Assembly: GCA_965248735.1 (NCBI GenBank)
Contig: OZ252146.1
Span: forward strand, 2,276,154 to 2,340,153
Origin: Candidatus Aldehydirespirator sp.
Lineage (GTDB): Bacteria > Actinomycetota > Acidimicrobiia > Acidimicrobiales > Aldehydirespiratoraceae
Direction of reading: 5' to 3'
Length of the DNA: 64,000 nt
Shown one piece after another: positions 37,827 through 47,808 of this stretch. Numbering within the stretch: position 1 is the stretch's first letter; each line of letters starts with the position of its first letter. Position numbers and translations under genes: made by a program. The notes beneath the pieces are model-generated. The model was not told the DNA's origin. It worked only from the letters and a program-made list of their open reading frames with translations, and made no database searches.

Positions 37827-39610
37827 GCTGGCTTCTCGGTCTCATCGGGCGGCGCATTCTCGTCTCGCCCAGGTCGATCTTGGGTTGGTGCCGCCTGGCG
37901 TGGCAGGTCTAGCCCCGCTGAGGTCTGAGTTCCATAGAGTGATGCGATGAACGACACCGGACGAAGCGGATGGACTGTGCTGTCTTCGGGCAACCTGGAC
38001 ATGGAATCGACCATGAAGTAGACGACACGCTCGAAGTCCAGTTCCATGCGCTTCACCAAACGATCCTCGCCAGATGCCATCAGCCATTCGCGAATCGACT
38101 CTGAACGAGTCGAGCCCATGAAGACGATGGAGACTTCGCGCAGGACATCGGCCTTCGTGAGCACTAATCCAAGGGCTCGTTTGTGAAGGGGGACGCTCTC
38201 GTTTCGCATCCGATCCACGGCTGATGAGTAGGCGTCAATTGCCTTGCCTGGCGCCACCTGCACCGGTAGCCGAGAATCCATTCGCTCGAGGCGGGCGCGA
38301 CAATGGTCGAGAGCGAGGGGATCTACCACGAAGAGGAGCGCCAACGCATTGTCCAGATACCTCAGACTCGATGTCGATTCCCAGCTACTGAAGTGTTGGC
38401 CAGCGGCGTCGATAAAGTGCATCTCGACCGACCGCCTTCTCGACCTTTTTGTCATGAAGTCATACACGAGGGGGCTATGTGCAACACTCGTATTGGGCAT
38501 TGAACTGCCTACGTCTAGGACACTTGTGAAGTTATTCAAGCCGTTACTGGCCAATCGAGAAAGTGGTACCAACTCTCCTCCATCGGCCGAGAGTCTTGTT
38601 GACAGATGAGCCATAGCCGAACCTAGCAGATGAGTCTTGCCTGCGTTCGATTCACCAATCACGGGAACAAGGAACGTTCGACGCGTTCCTGCACCTTCGG
38701 ATTGCGGCGTGTCACAAGTCGGACACCTTACGGTCATCCCTCGGCTAGCTCGGAGGACCGTTGTCGGTAGGTTGCTTCCGCACTCACACCGTCTAGAAAT
38801 TACACCCAATCGCGTAGCACGAATATCCCGATGCACTACTGGACAGTCGGCATCGGTGCATTCGTAGCTTGGAACTCGAGTCTCAGCGTAGCACTGCGTG
38901 CATACCATAGAGGCCCTTCGTCGGGTAAGGGCAAACCAGCCGATCGCTTGAAATGCCGATTGAAAAATACGTTGTCCTATAGTAATCGTCAGTCCGATGG
39001 CAATCATTACCACTGTCCAAATGAGTAGGGACATGGCTATACCCAAGAAAACAGCTAGGAAAGGGCCTATCATGATAGCAAATCGAATGAAGTCGACTAT
39101 TCCCTTGCTGTATTGCCTTGAGGTCTTCTTGGCAGCAGCGGTATGCGGTCCTGGTGTTGGTACATTCCCGCCAGAGAGATCGCCTACCATAGCGGGTCCC
39201 AACAGCAGCCTGCCTGTCTTCCTGAGCCAATGCAAGACTTCGAGACGCACGGCATTCACATCGCTTTTGGCTTGAAATGGAATGTACGTCGGCCAAGCCC
39301 TATCCCATCCATAGTGCTCTGCAGGTCCGCTCGGATTTGAACGGAATACATGGCCAGTGGCGACACGATCGGGCGTGAGCAGGACAGGTGACGATGCGCT
39401 CCGTCCAGTGAGAACCGCCAGCGGAATCCATGTGCCTAGTCCGCCGCCTACAACGACTGCCGTTGTCGCAACAACAAGATACGTTGTTACGACAATCGCA
39501 AGCAGTCGAACGAGTAGTGCTACCACTATCCAAACGGCAAATACGACAGCCGCCGCAACGATAGCTATGGCAACAATGGACCAAAAACATCCACTGAGAT
39601 CATCATCCAT
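37823..39610 (-). CDS. Membrane-anchored zinc-ribbon TRAFAC-type GTPase (candidate 'double-GTPase' partner 1)
   Basis: N-terminal TM segments. 'CTQCYAETRVPSYECTDADCPV...CECGSNL...RCPTCD' zinc ribbons. G1 'VIGESNAGKT', G3 'IDAAGQ', G4 'VLTKAD'. Confidence 0.65.
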   Translation of the reverse strand: MDDDLSGCFWSIVAIAIVAAAVVFAVWIVVALLVRLLAIVVTTYLVVATTAVVVGGGLGTWIPLAVLTGRSASSPVLLTPDRVATGHVFRSNPSGPAEHYGWDRAWPTYIPFQAKSDVNAVRLEVLHWLRKTGRLLLGPAMVGDLSGGNVPTPGPHTAAAKKTSRQYSKGIVDFIRFAIMIGPFLAVFLGIAMSLLIWTVVMIAIGLTITIGQRIFQSAFQAIGWFALTRRRASMVCTQCYAETRVPSYECTDADCPVVHRDIRATRLGVISRRCECGSNLPTTVLRASRGMTVRCPTCDTPQSEGAGTRRTFLVPVIGESNAGKTHLLGSAMAHLSTRLSADGGELVPLSRLASNGLNNFTSVLDVGSSMPNTSVAHSPLVYDFMTKRSRRRSVEMHFIDAAGQHFSSWESTSSLRYLDNALALLFVVDPLALDHCRARLERMDSRLPVQVAPGKAIDAYSSAVDRMRNESVPLHKRALGLVLTKADVLREVSIVFMGSTRSESIREWLMASGEDRLVKRMELDFERVVYFMVDSMSRLPEDSTVHPLRPVSFIASLYGTQTSAGLDLPRQAAPTQDRPGRDENAPPDETEKPA

Positions 39611-42032
39611 TGCTGCGGTCCTTGGGAGCGGCGCGAGAAGTGGCTTTTCTCCATTCTCTACGTTGAAATCGTTCGCGCAAGGGCGTCACTGTCTTGAGCA
39701 TGCTTCCAAATTTCGCAGCAAATGAATCATCGAGGGATTCTCCAACGAGCATCACCGTAGCCCGGTTGCGTGGGTCGTACCACCAGTCCTTCAATGCAAG
39801 TGCGATTGCCTCACGAAGATCTGCTGGGCAGCCAGGGTGCAACCACATAAGTGTGGAAACATACACTGCATCGATCGGATCAATCGTGAGTCTGTCGGAT
39901 AGAGATTCCAAAATGGGATGACGCCAGTCAATTTGGTGTAGGTTCAAAATGGCTGCCGACGTCTCGACGTCATGGCATTCCATAGCGAGCTTCGCGATGG
40001 TCCGATGTCTCAAGATGATCGCTCGGCGACAATGAGACGCGATTCTCTGAAGAAATGCATTTGGGTGCAGAAGTCTATGATCGACACTGGCTGCTTGGAT
40101 GCTCCACCGCACAATGTCTTCGCTTTCGCTCATCAATTTTCTAGTGGATTCGGTGAGGCCATCCGGTTGGAGTTGAATCAGAAGGTCCACGAGCACAACG
40201 ATGCACGAAGCGTCTCCAGAACTTGTGAGGCGCTGGGTGACGATCCCTTCAATGACAGCGGCTAGGCTTGGCTCAATTGTGTCGTGAACCCGAAGCCATA
40301 GGTCGAGAAGCGGGATGTCGAGCAGATTGCTAAACCCAAAAAATGCGTCCCATGAAGTGGGCGCACAGTGTGAAACGTACCGTTCGAATTCCTGCCGTCG
40401 AGCGGGGGTATCGAGTTTGGCGAGCTTACCGGCGAGAAGCCACGGAAACAGTGGATTGTCAGGAGTGAAGACTTCGGGAACGTTCGCTGCCCAGTCCCAT
40501 ACTCCCGCCCGCAGTTGTGCGACCACCTCTGAACGCTGAGTGCCGTAGAGTCGGGAAGACAGCGTGTCGCATACGGCCATTCGGACGCATTCGGTGTGCA
40601 GCCACGAGGTGTGTTGGCGTTCGAGCTTTGGATTGGATACCCAGAGTTGGCCGAGTCGTTCGATAGATGAATGCACCAGTTCGTGAGAGAGTTCGGTATT
40701 TAGCCATCGTGCGAGCGAAAACATATCGGACAGCACGTCATCAGGCGAATCGTCGACGATTGTGGCCAACAACCTCGCGGCGTGGCTACGCGCATCTTGA
40801 TCGGGCCAGTCGATGGTCGGTGGCACGCCTTCGACCGCGAACGTCCGGGCCCATACAGAGGACGCCACCGTAGATAATGCCGAGACTTCAAGCGCAGCCA
40901 ATGTGCACCCAGTCATCAATTCATTTTGGTCGCATTCGTGTAGTGCGACGATCGCGCGGAGGAGTAGCTCAATAGTCGCGTCATCACTCGCATCAAATTC
41001 GTGCACAGCATCGACCAAAGAGGGTCCAAAAGTGGAAAGATCGGCGCTCTGTTGATGCCTTGCAAGTGCCTCCAATACAGCAGCAGCTGCAGGAGCAGGA
41101 CTGCGAACGTGTCGACTGTTCAGAACGACTCTCTCGGCGGCGATGACAGCGACGTCTGGGGACAACAGGTTCTGCCAGCGCCGGCTGACCTGAACCGCTC
41201 TCAGTGCCTGCAACGGATCGGCCTGAAGGAACCAACGCGCATAGACGTGAGCCGTCTCATCCGTTTCAACTGCGGTACCTTGAAAGGAGCGGAGATCAAA
41301 CCAGTTGGCCTCGGAGGGGATGGGTTGTTCCAACAGATCAGGGTCGGTTCCAACAATATCGAACCGCGCATCAGCTACTGGCCTATTGCTGAAGGCATAG
41401 AAGCTAGTCGACAACGCTGTGTCGCGATCCAAGAAAAGTGTTCCAACCGTTATCCACTGCGCGATAACTTGGAGATCGGTGTGAAGAAGAACGAGGCGCG
41501 TTCTCGGCTTGTGAGATGCTTGCTCGACCATTGTCAGGAAACTGGGAAGAGCATCAACAGCCGCCGTTGATGCTGCAACTAGGTACTGCAAGGCGGAGAG
41601 TCCGAAAGAGTCGCTGACCGACAGCGGAGCCGTGAGCGATGGCAAGGTCGTGGTCGGTGACTTCTGTAGCGTCCAGACTGATGCGCCAAAGAGCTGCGCT
41701 GGAAGATGACTGACAAAGTCGTTGGCGTCATGGGTAACAATACAATGTGTGACTTGATTACCCGACCGTCCATCAGCCATGCGGCCCAGGTACCTTCCCC
41801 GGGCTACGATGAATCTGTCCTCTACCGCCAGGTATGCGAACGATTGAGGAAACTCCTCGTTCTCGAGTCTACGCTGAACGAGTGAGTGTGGCACGACATA
41901 CAGGACATTACGAGCGAGTGCCTCATCTTCTTGATCGGTATCATCACTGACTGCATAAAACTGAAACCCTGTACGAAAGTGAATCGATTCTTCGCGAGAT
42001 GCATCCGTATAGATAAGGCTGGCGAAACTCAC
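39603..42032 (-). CDS. Large cytoplasmic alpha-helical protein, candidate GTPase-associated protein (GAP1-like N-terminus)
   Basis: 809 aa. The N-terminus 'SLIYTDASREESIHFRTGFQFYAVSDD...GRSGNQVTHCIV' resembles the 'QLhYTS...GFQ..A.S' pattern I recall for GAP1 N-terminal domains. Sits between the two GTPase genes. Confidence 0.45.
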   Translation of the reverse strand: MSFASLIYTDASREESIHFRTGFQFYAVSDDTDQEDEALARNVLYVVPHSLVQRRLENEEFPQSFAYLAVEDRFIVARGRYLGRMADGRSGNQVTHCIVTHDANDFVSHLPAQLFGASVWTLQKSPTTTLPSLTAPLSVSDSFGLSALQYLVAASTAAVDALPSFLTMVEQASHKPRTRLVLLHTDLQVIAQWITVGTLFLDRDTALSTSFYAFSNRPVADARFDIVGTDPDLLEQPIPSEANWFDLRSFQGTAVETDETAHVYARWFLQADPLQALRAVQVSRRWQNLLSPDVAVIAAERVVLNSRHVRSPAPAAAAVLEALARHQQSADLSTFGPSLVDAVHEFDASDDATIELLLRAIVALHECDQNELMTGCTLAALEVSALSTVASSVWARTFAVEGVPPTIDWPDQDARSHAARLLATIVDDSPDDVLSDMFSLARWLNTELSHELVHSSIERLGQLWVSNPKLERQHTSWLHTECVRMAVCDTLSSRLYGTQRSEVVAQLRAGVWDWAANVPEVFTPDNPLFPWLLAGKLAKLDTPARRQEFERYVSHCAPTSWDAFFGFSNLLDIPLLDLWLRVHDTIEPSLAAVIEGIVTQRLTSSGDASCIVVLVDLLIQLQPDGLTESTRKLMSESEDIVRWSIQAASVDHRLLHPNAFLQRIASHCRRAIILRHRTIAKLAMECHDVETSAAILNLHQIDWRHPILESLSDRLTIDPIDAVYVSTLMWLHPGCPADLREAIALALKDWWYDPRNRATVMLVGESLDDSFAAKFGSMLKTVTPLRERFQRREWRKATSRAAPKDRSNG

Positions 42033-42050
42033 AATCGGCCCTCAGACTGT

Positions 42051-43223
42051 TTACCTTGAAACTAGACTATCTCGTCTTCGAGCCTTGGAAATCACGCCAT
42101 GCTTGAACATGAGCCACAGCAAGGGTTCTGCCACCCGACGCGAATTGATTTGTGATCCTCGTACGGTGCTACTGCCATAGTCAGGTTCCGCACCCAAGGC
42201 TGAGACTGCAAAGAATCGAAATGTCTTGAAATTCTGATCCAAAGCGGTAAGAACAGGACCGCCACCCCAGTCATCGACTAAGCCCTGCAGATGATGGTGA
42301 AGTTCGGTAGCGTCGTGGTCGTCAAATCCTGGGGAATCAGGTTCGGTACGACGGAGTAGTCCAGTTGAGTCAGTGTCGTTCCAGAAGGAGTCGAGTTTCG
42401 TCAACACGACAGCTAGAGGGCGACGCAGATGCTTCTTGGCAGAAAGCTGCTCTTCTTGGCGGAGGATGACAATGAGTGGTGCGAGCACATCCATCGGACG
42501 GGTAGGTTCGGTAGCTAGTTTGGATAGGCCAGGAAAGTTCGGAAATCCAAAAGGATCCAACAGCAAGATGAGACCGTCCGTCGTACCTATGTACCTCCGT
42601 TCGCGCATACTCGCTTGGGATAGTAGTTCCTCGCCTGATGCGTCATTGAAGGACAAGAAGCCTACTGAAGCACCAGGGTTCTTACGCCATGCGAGAATCG
42701 CAGGCGTATCATTGCCGCGGATGATCGGATTGGTTGCGGGTGGCAAGGAACCGTTGGTCCGGTTCATTCCATCATAATAGCTCCTCAACAGGTTGAAGGT
42801 CTCGTCTTTCTCTCGCTCGATCACGGTATGAACGGTTGCACCGAACCGCTTGTCAGCTATAATGTCAAGTTCGCCGCAGAGGACGGAGAGCAAGACCGTC
42901 TTTCCAGAGCCTCGGACGCCTACGATTCCAAAGAGTGGTGACGGAACCTCGCCAAAGTGAGGCGGTAGAGCAGAATGGCATGTTTGGCAGGCAAGGATTA
43001 GAGCCTTGCCTCCGCAATGTGGACAGGTTCCGTCAGAATTCTTTGGAAAGGTGGGCATAGCCCTTTCCTCGGCAAGCAACCCCAATGCGTCCTGGCGTTG
43101 ACGATCGGGCCGTTTAGTACACTGCGTCTTACCGGGGGCGGGGTGGCTGCCGTTACATTGGCGATGTATGGCCCGAGGATCTATGCGATCATAGCAGAAG
43201 GGGCAGGCAACGGTACGTGGCAT
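42051..43223 (-). CDS. Zinc-ribbon TRAFAC-type GTPase (candidate 'double-GTPase' partner 2)
   Basis: 'CPFCYDRI...CPHCGGKALILACQTCH' zinc ribbons. G1 'GVRGSGKT', G3 'FNDASGE', G4 'VLTKLD', G5-like 'VSALG'. Confidence 0.65.
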   Translation of the reverse strand: MPRTVACPFCYDRIDPRAIHRQCNGSHPAPGKTQCTKRPDRQRQDALGLLAEERAMPTFPKNSDGTCPHCGGKALILACQTCHSALPPHFGEVPSPLFGIVGVRGSGKTVLLSVLCGELDIIADKRFGATVHTVIEREKDETFNLLRSYYDGMNRTNGSLPPATNPIIRGNDTPAILAWRKNPGASVGFLSFNDASGEELLSQASMRERRYIGTTDGLILLLDPFGFPNFPGLSKLATEPTRPMDVLAPLIVILRQEEQLSAKKHLRRPLAVVLTKLDSFWNDTDSTGLLRRTEPDSPGFDDHDATELHHHLQGLVDDWGGGPVLTALDQNFKTFRFFAVSALGAEPDYGSSTVRGSQINSRRVAEPLLWLMFKHGVISKARRRDSLVSR

Positions 43224-43232
43224 GACAGGAAA

Positions 43233-46145
43233 TCAGGTCGGTGGGCGTCGAAGGAGAGTGGAGACTCGACACCGTTGAGTCCGGCTCTTGGGTTTCAAGC
43301 GAACCGATGCGTTGTCGACAGGAAAGGCGCGAATCCATTTGACGTTCAATCGACGAGGAATTGATATTTTCACACGAACGCGATCGCCGCGTGCGGACAA
43401 GACTAGGCGATGGCGTGACAGTTCTTGGTGTCCTTCAGCGATCGTAGGTTCGTAGCGGGCGGAAGCAACAATAATCACCTCTGTATCGATGACCCGTTCC
43501 GATTCTGAGTAGTAGGTCAAGGTACATTGGCGGGATCTACGAGACCGGATGGGATACCAACCGAGGCAATACGAAGCGACGCTGACGCGCGATTCCCAAA
43601 TCGCATCAAACCACTCAGAATCATGGTGAGAGCGAACCAACGACGGAGAGGTTGTCGAACACTGCTCAGGAAGGCTGTATACGCCACGCAGTCGCAGTTT
43701 CAGTGATCCGGTTTCCATGGGTACCTGTAAGAGGTTGTCGGCGATGCTCCGGTGACTAGCCACTATAGTATTCTCATGGAGCTGTCCGCCGGACCACTGC
43801 CATTCAACTTGAACCCGATCGATCGACGCAGGCCAAGGCCAAGAGATCTTCAAGACATCACCGAGCTGCTCAAATGACACACTGTCTATACGCTCAGATA
43901 CGGCGAGAATCTTAACACAACCGCCGAGTGCGAACCTTTCTCGGAGTGTGAATGCTTGCAGGTATGAGACGCCGAATCCGATCGTGGTATCCATTACGCT
44001 AACATCTCCATCAGGTTGAATTGATCCTCGCAGTTGGTAACCCGTCGATGCGGACAAATCTTCCAACTCTTCAATTGAGACTTGTTGTCCGATGCGGTAA
44101 GGGGAAGGTTGTTGGAATGACCAAAGCCCTATTGAGTAGTGATTTTGGCTGGGCAACCTGGCGATGAGATGAGGTAGCTGATCGCGGTTTCGACGGATGT
44201 CTATATCGAAGTCTGTGATCGGCAGCATGGGCGGTCGAACGAGAACATCAAGTGCGACCGGTTCTGATTCATATATCCTGCCATCATTGGTGCGGAAGAG
44301 CGCTGTCGCGTCAAAACTATATTCGGTGAGCAATTCCAAATCAGTGAACGTATGAGAGTCCTTCGCGAATTCATGGAAGACAGTCTTATCTCCCGGTGTA
44401 GATACGGCGATGCGCACAGCCGTGCATCTGCGAGGAGCAGTCCACGTCAATCTAATACTAGATTCGTCTGTCGTGGCCGACAAGCCTGTGACAGGAGGAC
44501 AAAAGAAGATCGGTCCATGAATCGCCGCGGAAGAAAAGAGGGTTTGAGAATCGACCCCAGGCCCGGATACCTCTTGATAAGTTGATATACCATACCAGAA
44601 GTGCCGTGCGATTGGTGGCGTGTCATCGACAAAATCGCTTCGATTGAGTTGCTCCGCGATGACCTGGCCGTCGTTGGCACCAAGCGGTTGGGCGTCCTGT
44701 TTGCATATCAACCGATAGCGAGAATCTAGAGAAGCCTCCGTACCCGATTCCCACACAATCCTGAGTGCTTGACCCAGCTCTCCCTGAGCGTTTTCGCAAG
44801 CTATCACACCCCGAATGTTAGGTGGACTGGGCGGCAGTGCACGGAAGACATTTCGAAGTTCCTCGTCTTCGTTGATTGCCAACGCGGCGCGAATGTCTAC
44901 CCTAGCAGAAATAAAATCACGAACTTCTACAGCCTTGAGTCCGGCTTCTCGTTGTCTAGCATAGCGTTGACTAAGACCGGCCAATTGGTCTCCCAGGTCT
45001 TTGAGTTGGCGCTGTGACGTGTCGCTCGAACCCTTCTTTGCCGTAGTGCTCATCGCGTGCTGGTGGAGGTGGTTGGCTTGGTCAAGATCCTTATCGAGTA
45101 TGGATTGGCGGATCTGTTGTACGAAGCCCTCGATCGAGTCGGTGTGCGATCGACGCGAGAGGTTCCGATGCATGTGAACGTGCACCGCGATGCGTTGTGC
45201 ATCATCATGCGCTAGTCCGAGGCTCTCTAGATAGCCCATGATCCGAGAGGGCACGCGTGGTGCCTGCCTGATCACATGGTCAAGTAGATGCTTGAGGACG
45301 ATGGCGTGCAACTCGTGATCATTGGTGGCTCTGAGTGCGCTCAAGACTGCCTCTCGGTGCTCACCTGTGTCTTGTCGCTCCTGCCTGGCAGAGTCACGCG
45401 CTCGCGCTACGGCCGCCAGCGTTAGCTGGGTTTTGCTGTCTTCACCGTTAGCGTTCAGAATCTGGAATCGATCGACAATCTTGAAGCGACTTTGGGATTG
45501 ACCATTACCGACAATATCATCGAAGATCGCATGCGGAAGCGTTCGACGGTGTGCCTTCTCGAGGCAAACTGTCATAGTGTTCACATCCAACTCGATGTCA
45601 GGGACTGTGATGGCTTCAGCAATTGTAAGGTTAGCATCGGCGGCGCATTGGTGAATATCGTCATCACTGAAGTCATCTTCAGACAACCCTAGCAAGGTGA
45701 TCGTGGCGCGAACAGCGTCCTCCGTCACTACTCCGTAAGCACCAAACTGGCGTTCTAACTCTCCCGAGTCCCGCATCGTGGATGTCGCTCGATTCTGCCG
45801 TTCTCGACGAAGTTCGTTCCAAAACGCGATCGAAGAAACCTGGCGCTGTGCCTTTAGCCATTTCTCAAGACGTTGCAATGGACCCACATACTGAGATAGT
45901 TCCAGCTTCAAATTCGACCAGATATGGTGAATCACGGAGACGCGCTTCTCTATTTCTACCCGGTTCATAGAAGCGCCGATGTCATAGAGTGTGATCAGGT
46001 CCAGATCGTGCAGGCGCGATGAATCGCTCTGCTCCAAGCATTGACAGACGTCTACAAAGTCAGATAGGTGTATCTGGCGAAAGTATGGCCTCAAAACTCT
46101 CGACTTGTAATCCCTAGCGTACGCTTTATCACTAGACTTAGCCAT
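43233..46145 (-). CDS. Large hypothetical protein (970 aa): helical N-terminal half, FN3-like domain and beta-rich C-terminal half
   Basis: 'PVTGLSATTDESSIRLTWTAPRRCTAVRIAVSTPGDKTVFHEF...TFTDLELLTEYSFDATALF' looks like a fibronectin type III module. The rest is unassigned. Confidence 0.5.
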   Translation of the reverse strand: MAKSSDKAYARDYKSRVLRPYFRQIHLSDFVDVCQCLEQSDSSRLHDLDLITLYDIGASMNRVEIEKRVSVIHHIWSNLKLELSQYVGPLQRLEKWLKAQRQVSSIAFWNELRRERQNRATSTMRDSGELERQFGAYGVVTEDAVRATITLLGLSEDDFSDDDIHQCAADANLTIAEAITVPDIELDVNTMTVCLEKAHRRTLPHAIFDDIVGNGQSQSRFKIVDRFQILNANGEDSKTQLTLAAVARARDSARQERQDTGEHREAVLSALRATNDHELHAIVLKHLLDHVIRQAPRVPSRIMGYLESLGLAHDDAQRIAVHVHMHRNLSRRSHTDSIEGFVQQIRQSILDKDLDQANHLHQHAMSTTAKKGSSDTSQRQLKDLGDQLAGLSQRYARQREAGLKAVEVRDFISARVDIRAALAINEDEELRNVFRALPPSPPNIRGVIACENAQGELGQALRIVWESGTEASLDSRYRLICKQDAQPLGANDGQVIAEQLNRSDFVDDTPPIARHFWYGISTYQEVSGPGVDSQTLFSSAAIHGPIFFCPPVTGLSATTDESSIRLTWTAPRRCTAVRIAVSTPGDKTVFHEFAKDSHTFTDLELLTEYSFDATALFRTNDGRIYESEPVALDVLVRPPMLPITDFDIDIRRNRDQLPHLIARLPSQNHYSIGLWSFQQPSPYRIGQQVSIEELEDLSASTGYQLRGSIQPDGDVSVMDTTIGFGVSYLQAFTLRERFALGGCVKILAVSERIDSVSFEQLGDVLKISWPWPASIDRVQVEWQWSGGQLHENTIVASHRSIADNLLQVPMETGSLKLRLRGVYSLPEQCSTTSPSLVRSHHDSEWFDAIWESRVSVASYCLGWYPIRSRRSRQCTLTYYSESERVIDTEVIIVASARYEPTIAEGHQELSRHRLVLSARGDRVRVKISIPRRLNVKWIRAFPVDNASVRLKPKSRTQRCRVSTLLRRPPT

Positions 46146-46191
46146 CTTGGTCGGTCTCTTCCAATCACCACGCTAGAGCCGTTCTGAACCC

Positions 46192-47808
46192 TTAGCCTCG
46201 TACGTTGACCCCGGACATTACTTCGGTAGCGGCTACGACTTCATCGGGTTGTAGAACTGAGATTGTTACCTCGAGCTTGAGTTGCTGCTGCGACTTCGGC
46301 TCTATCGCGTTGAGTGTCGCTCTCAATTCGTTATCAATCGTTAGAAAGAAGTCGATAGCTGATCCCTTCGGTAGTGACGGCAGATTTGTGAAAAGCGCTC
46401 CTTCGGCTGGAGTGATTTCTCTATTGTTGGCCACCTCTTCTGACTCATGTGCGCCTGCCTGCTCGAATATCTCAATATTGATGGTCGTCGCATTGTCATC
46501 CATCGTTTGACCTTGTACGTGCCGATTCTTGATGGGAAGAGTCTCATTCTGGTGTGCAATGAAGCCGACATAATATTCACGAACACCATCGGTCCGGGTC
46601 TCCCGTACAAATCCCACTCCAAGGCCCCGTGAAAGGACATTGTTTACGACTGTTGTTGACGCCAAGTACCGTGTTCGGGCAGTTGACGAGCCGCCGGATT
46701 CAGGGCCCGAGCCCCCGGCCTGATCCTCGGCTGCCTGTTGGTTTAGGGCGGCACCGTATAGCGCTGCGCCCTTGGCTACGGCGAGATCGGGGTCTGCTAG
46801 CCTGAAGGCCCATTGTGGATAGCGCGATTCTAGAGATGCCTTGACTGCTGGCATCCGTGTGGAGCCGCCGACCAGAAGGACTTCGTCAATCTTCAGAGAG
46901 CTATCCTTTTGCATGGCCTTTGCGAGGGTGCGATCGACGGTCTCGAGAGTCGTGTTGAGGAGGTGGGCCGTGACGTCCTCGAACTCCTGACGGCTTACAG
47001 TGACCCGTTCTCGTATCGCTCCGTAACCCAAGATCACAGGGCATTCGATCCGATTGGACAGCTTCTTCTTGGCCCTTTCGGTTTCCTCGGCGAGGCGTTG
47101 CAAAAAGTCGTCGTCGTCACGGGGGTCCTCCTCAAGTGAGACCGCCTGGACGAACTTGTCAGCAAGAATGTTGGACAACTCGCGATCCCAGTCCGCACCG
47201 CCCAACTCGCGGTTGCCGTCAATCACCATGACATCTATCGGTCTGGCGTCTTCATAGGTCCGCATGATAGTAGTGTCAAAGGTGCCGCCGCCCAAGTCAT
47301 AGACCAACAGGGTCTTTGCCTGTTGGGACGAGAAGGAATAGGACATAGCAGCTGCGACAGGCTCTGTCACAATGCTGACAACCTCTAGCCCGGCGATCTC
47401 TCCAGCCTGTTGGGTAGCAGTCCTCTCAAGCAGCCCAAAGTATGCAGGGACAGTAATGACAACCTTGTTTGTGTCGATGCCAGTCTGTTCCTTGGCGAAC
47501 TGTGCGAGGTGCTTCAGTATCAGTGAGGATAGCGTTTCTGGCGTGTGGTCCACACCGTGATACGTGACGCTGTAGTCAGTACCCATCCTGCGCTTAATGA
47601 GTTGTACGACGTTATCAGCGTCGAGGACAGCAGAATTCTTGGCCGTTTCACCGACAATGGTGTTGTGTGACTCTTCAAAATGAACGGCGGACGGTGTCGT
47701 CTCATTGTCGTTGTCAGGATTTCTTATGACCTCCGGCTGGTCTGTCTCATTGATGTACGCGATCGCAGAGTAAGTAGTACCTAGATCAATACCGAATATG
47801 TCAGTCAT
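46192..47808 (-). CDS. Hsp70-family ATPase (copy 2), lid-less
   Basis: 'IFGIDLGTTYSAIAY', 'VITVPAYFG', 'VYDLGGGTFDTTIM', 'VLLVGGSTRMPAVK'. 538 aa. Confidence 0.85.
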   Translation of the reverse strand: MTDIFGIDLGTTYSAIAYINETDQPEVIRNPDNDNETTPSAVHFEESHNTIVGETAKNSAVLDADNVVQLIKRRMGTDYSVTYHGVDHTPETLSSLILKHLAQFAKEQTGIDTNKVVITVPAYFGLLERTATQQAGEIAGLEVVSIVTEPVAAAMSYSFSSQQAKTLLVYDLGGGTFDTTIMRTYEDARPIDVMVIDGNRELGGADWDRELSNILADKFVQAVSLEEDPRDDDDFLQRLAEETERAKKKLSNRIECPVILGYGAIRERVTVSRQEFEDVTAHLLNTTLETVDRTLAKAMQKDSSLKIDEVLLVGGSTRMPAVKASLESRYPQWAFRLADPDLAVAKGAALYGAALNQQAAEDQAGGSGPESGGSSTARTRYLASTTVVNNVLSRGLGVGFVRETRTDGVREYYVGFIAHQNETLPIKNRHVQGQTMDDNATTINIEIFEQAGAHESEEVANNREITPAEGALFTNLPSLPKGSAIDFFLTIDNELRATLNAIEPKSQQQLKLEVTISVLQPDEVVAATEVMSGVNVRG

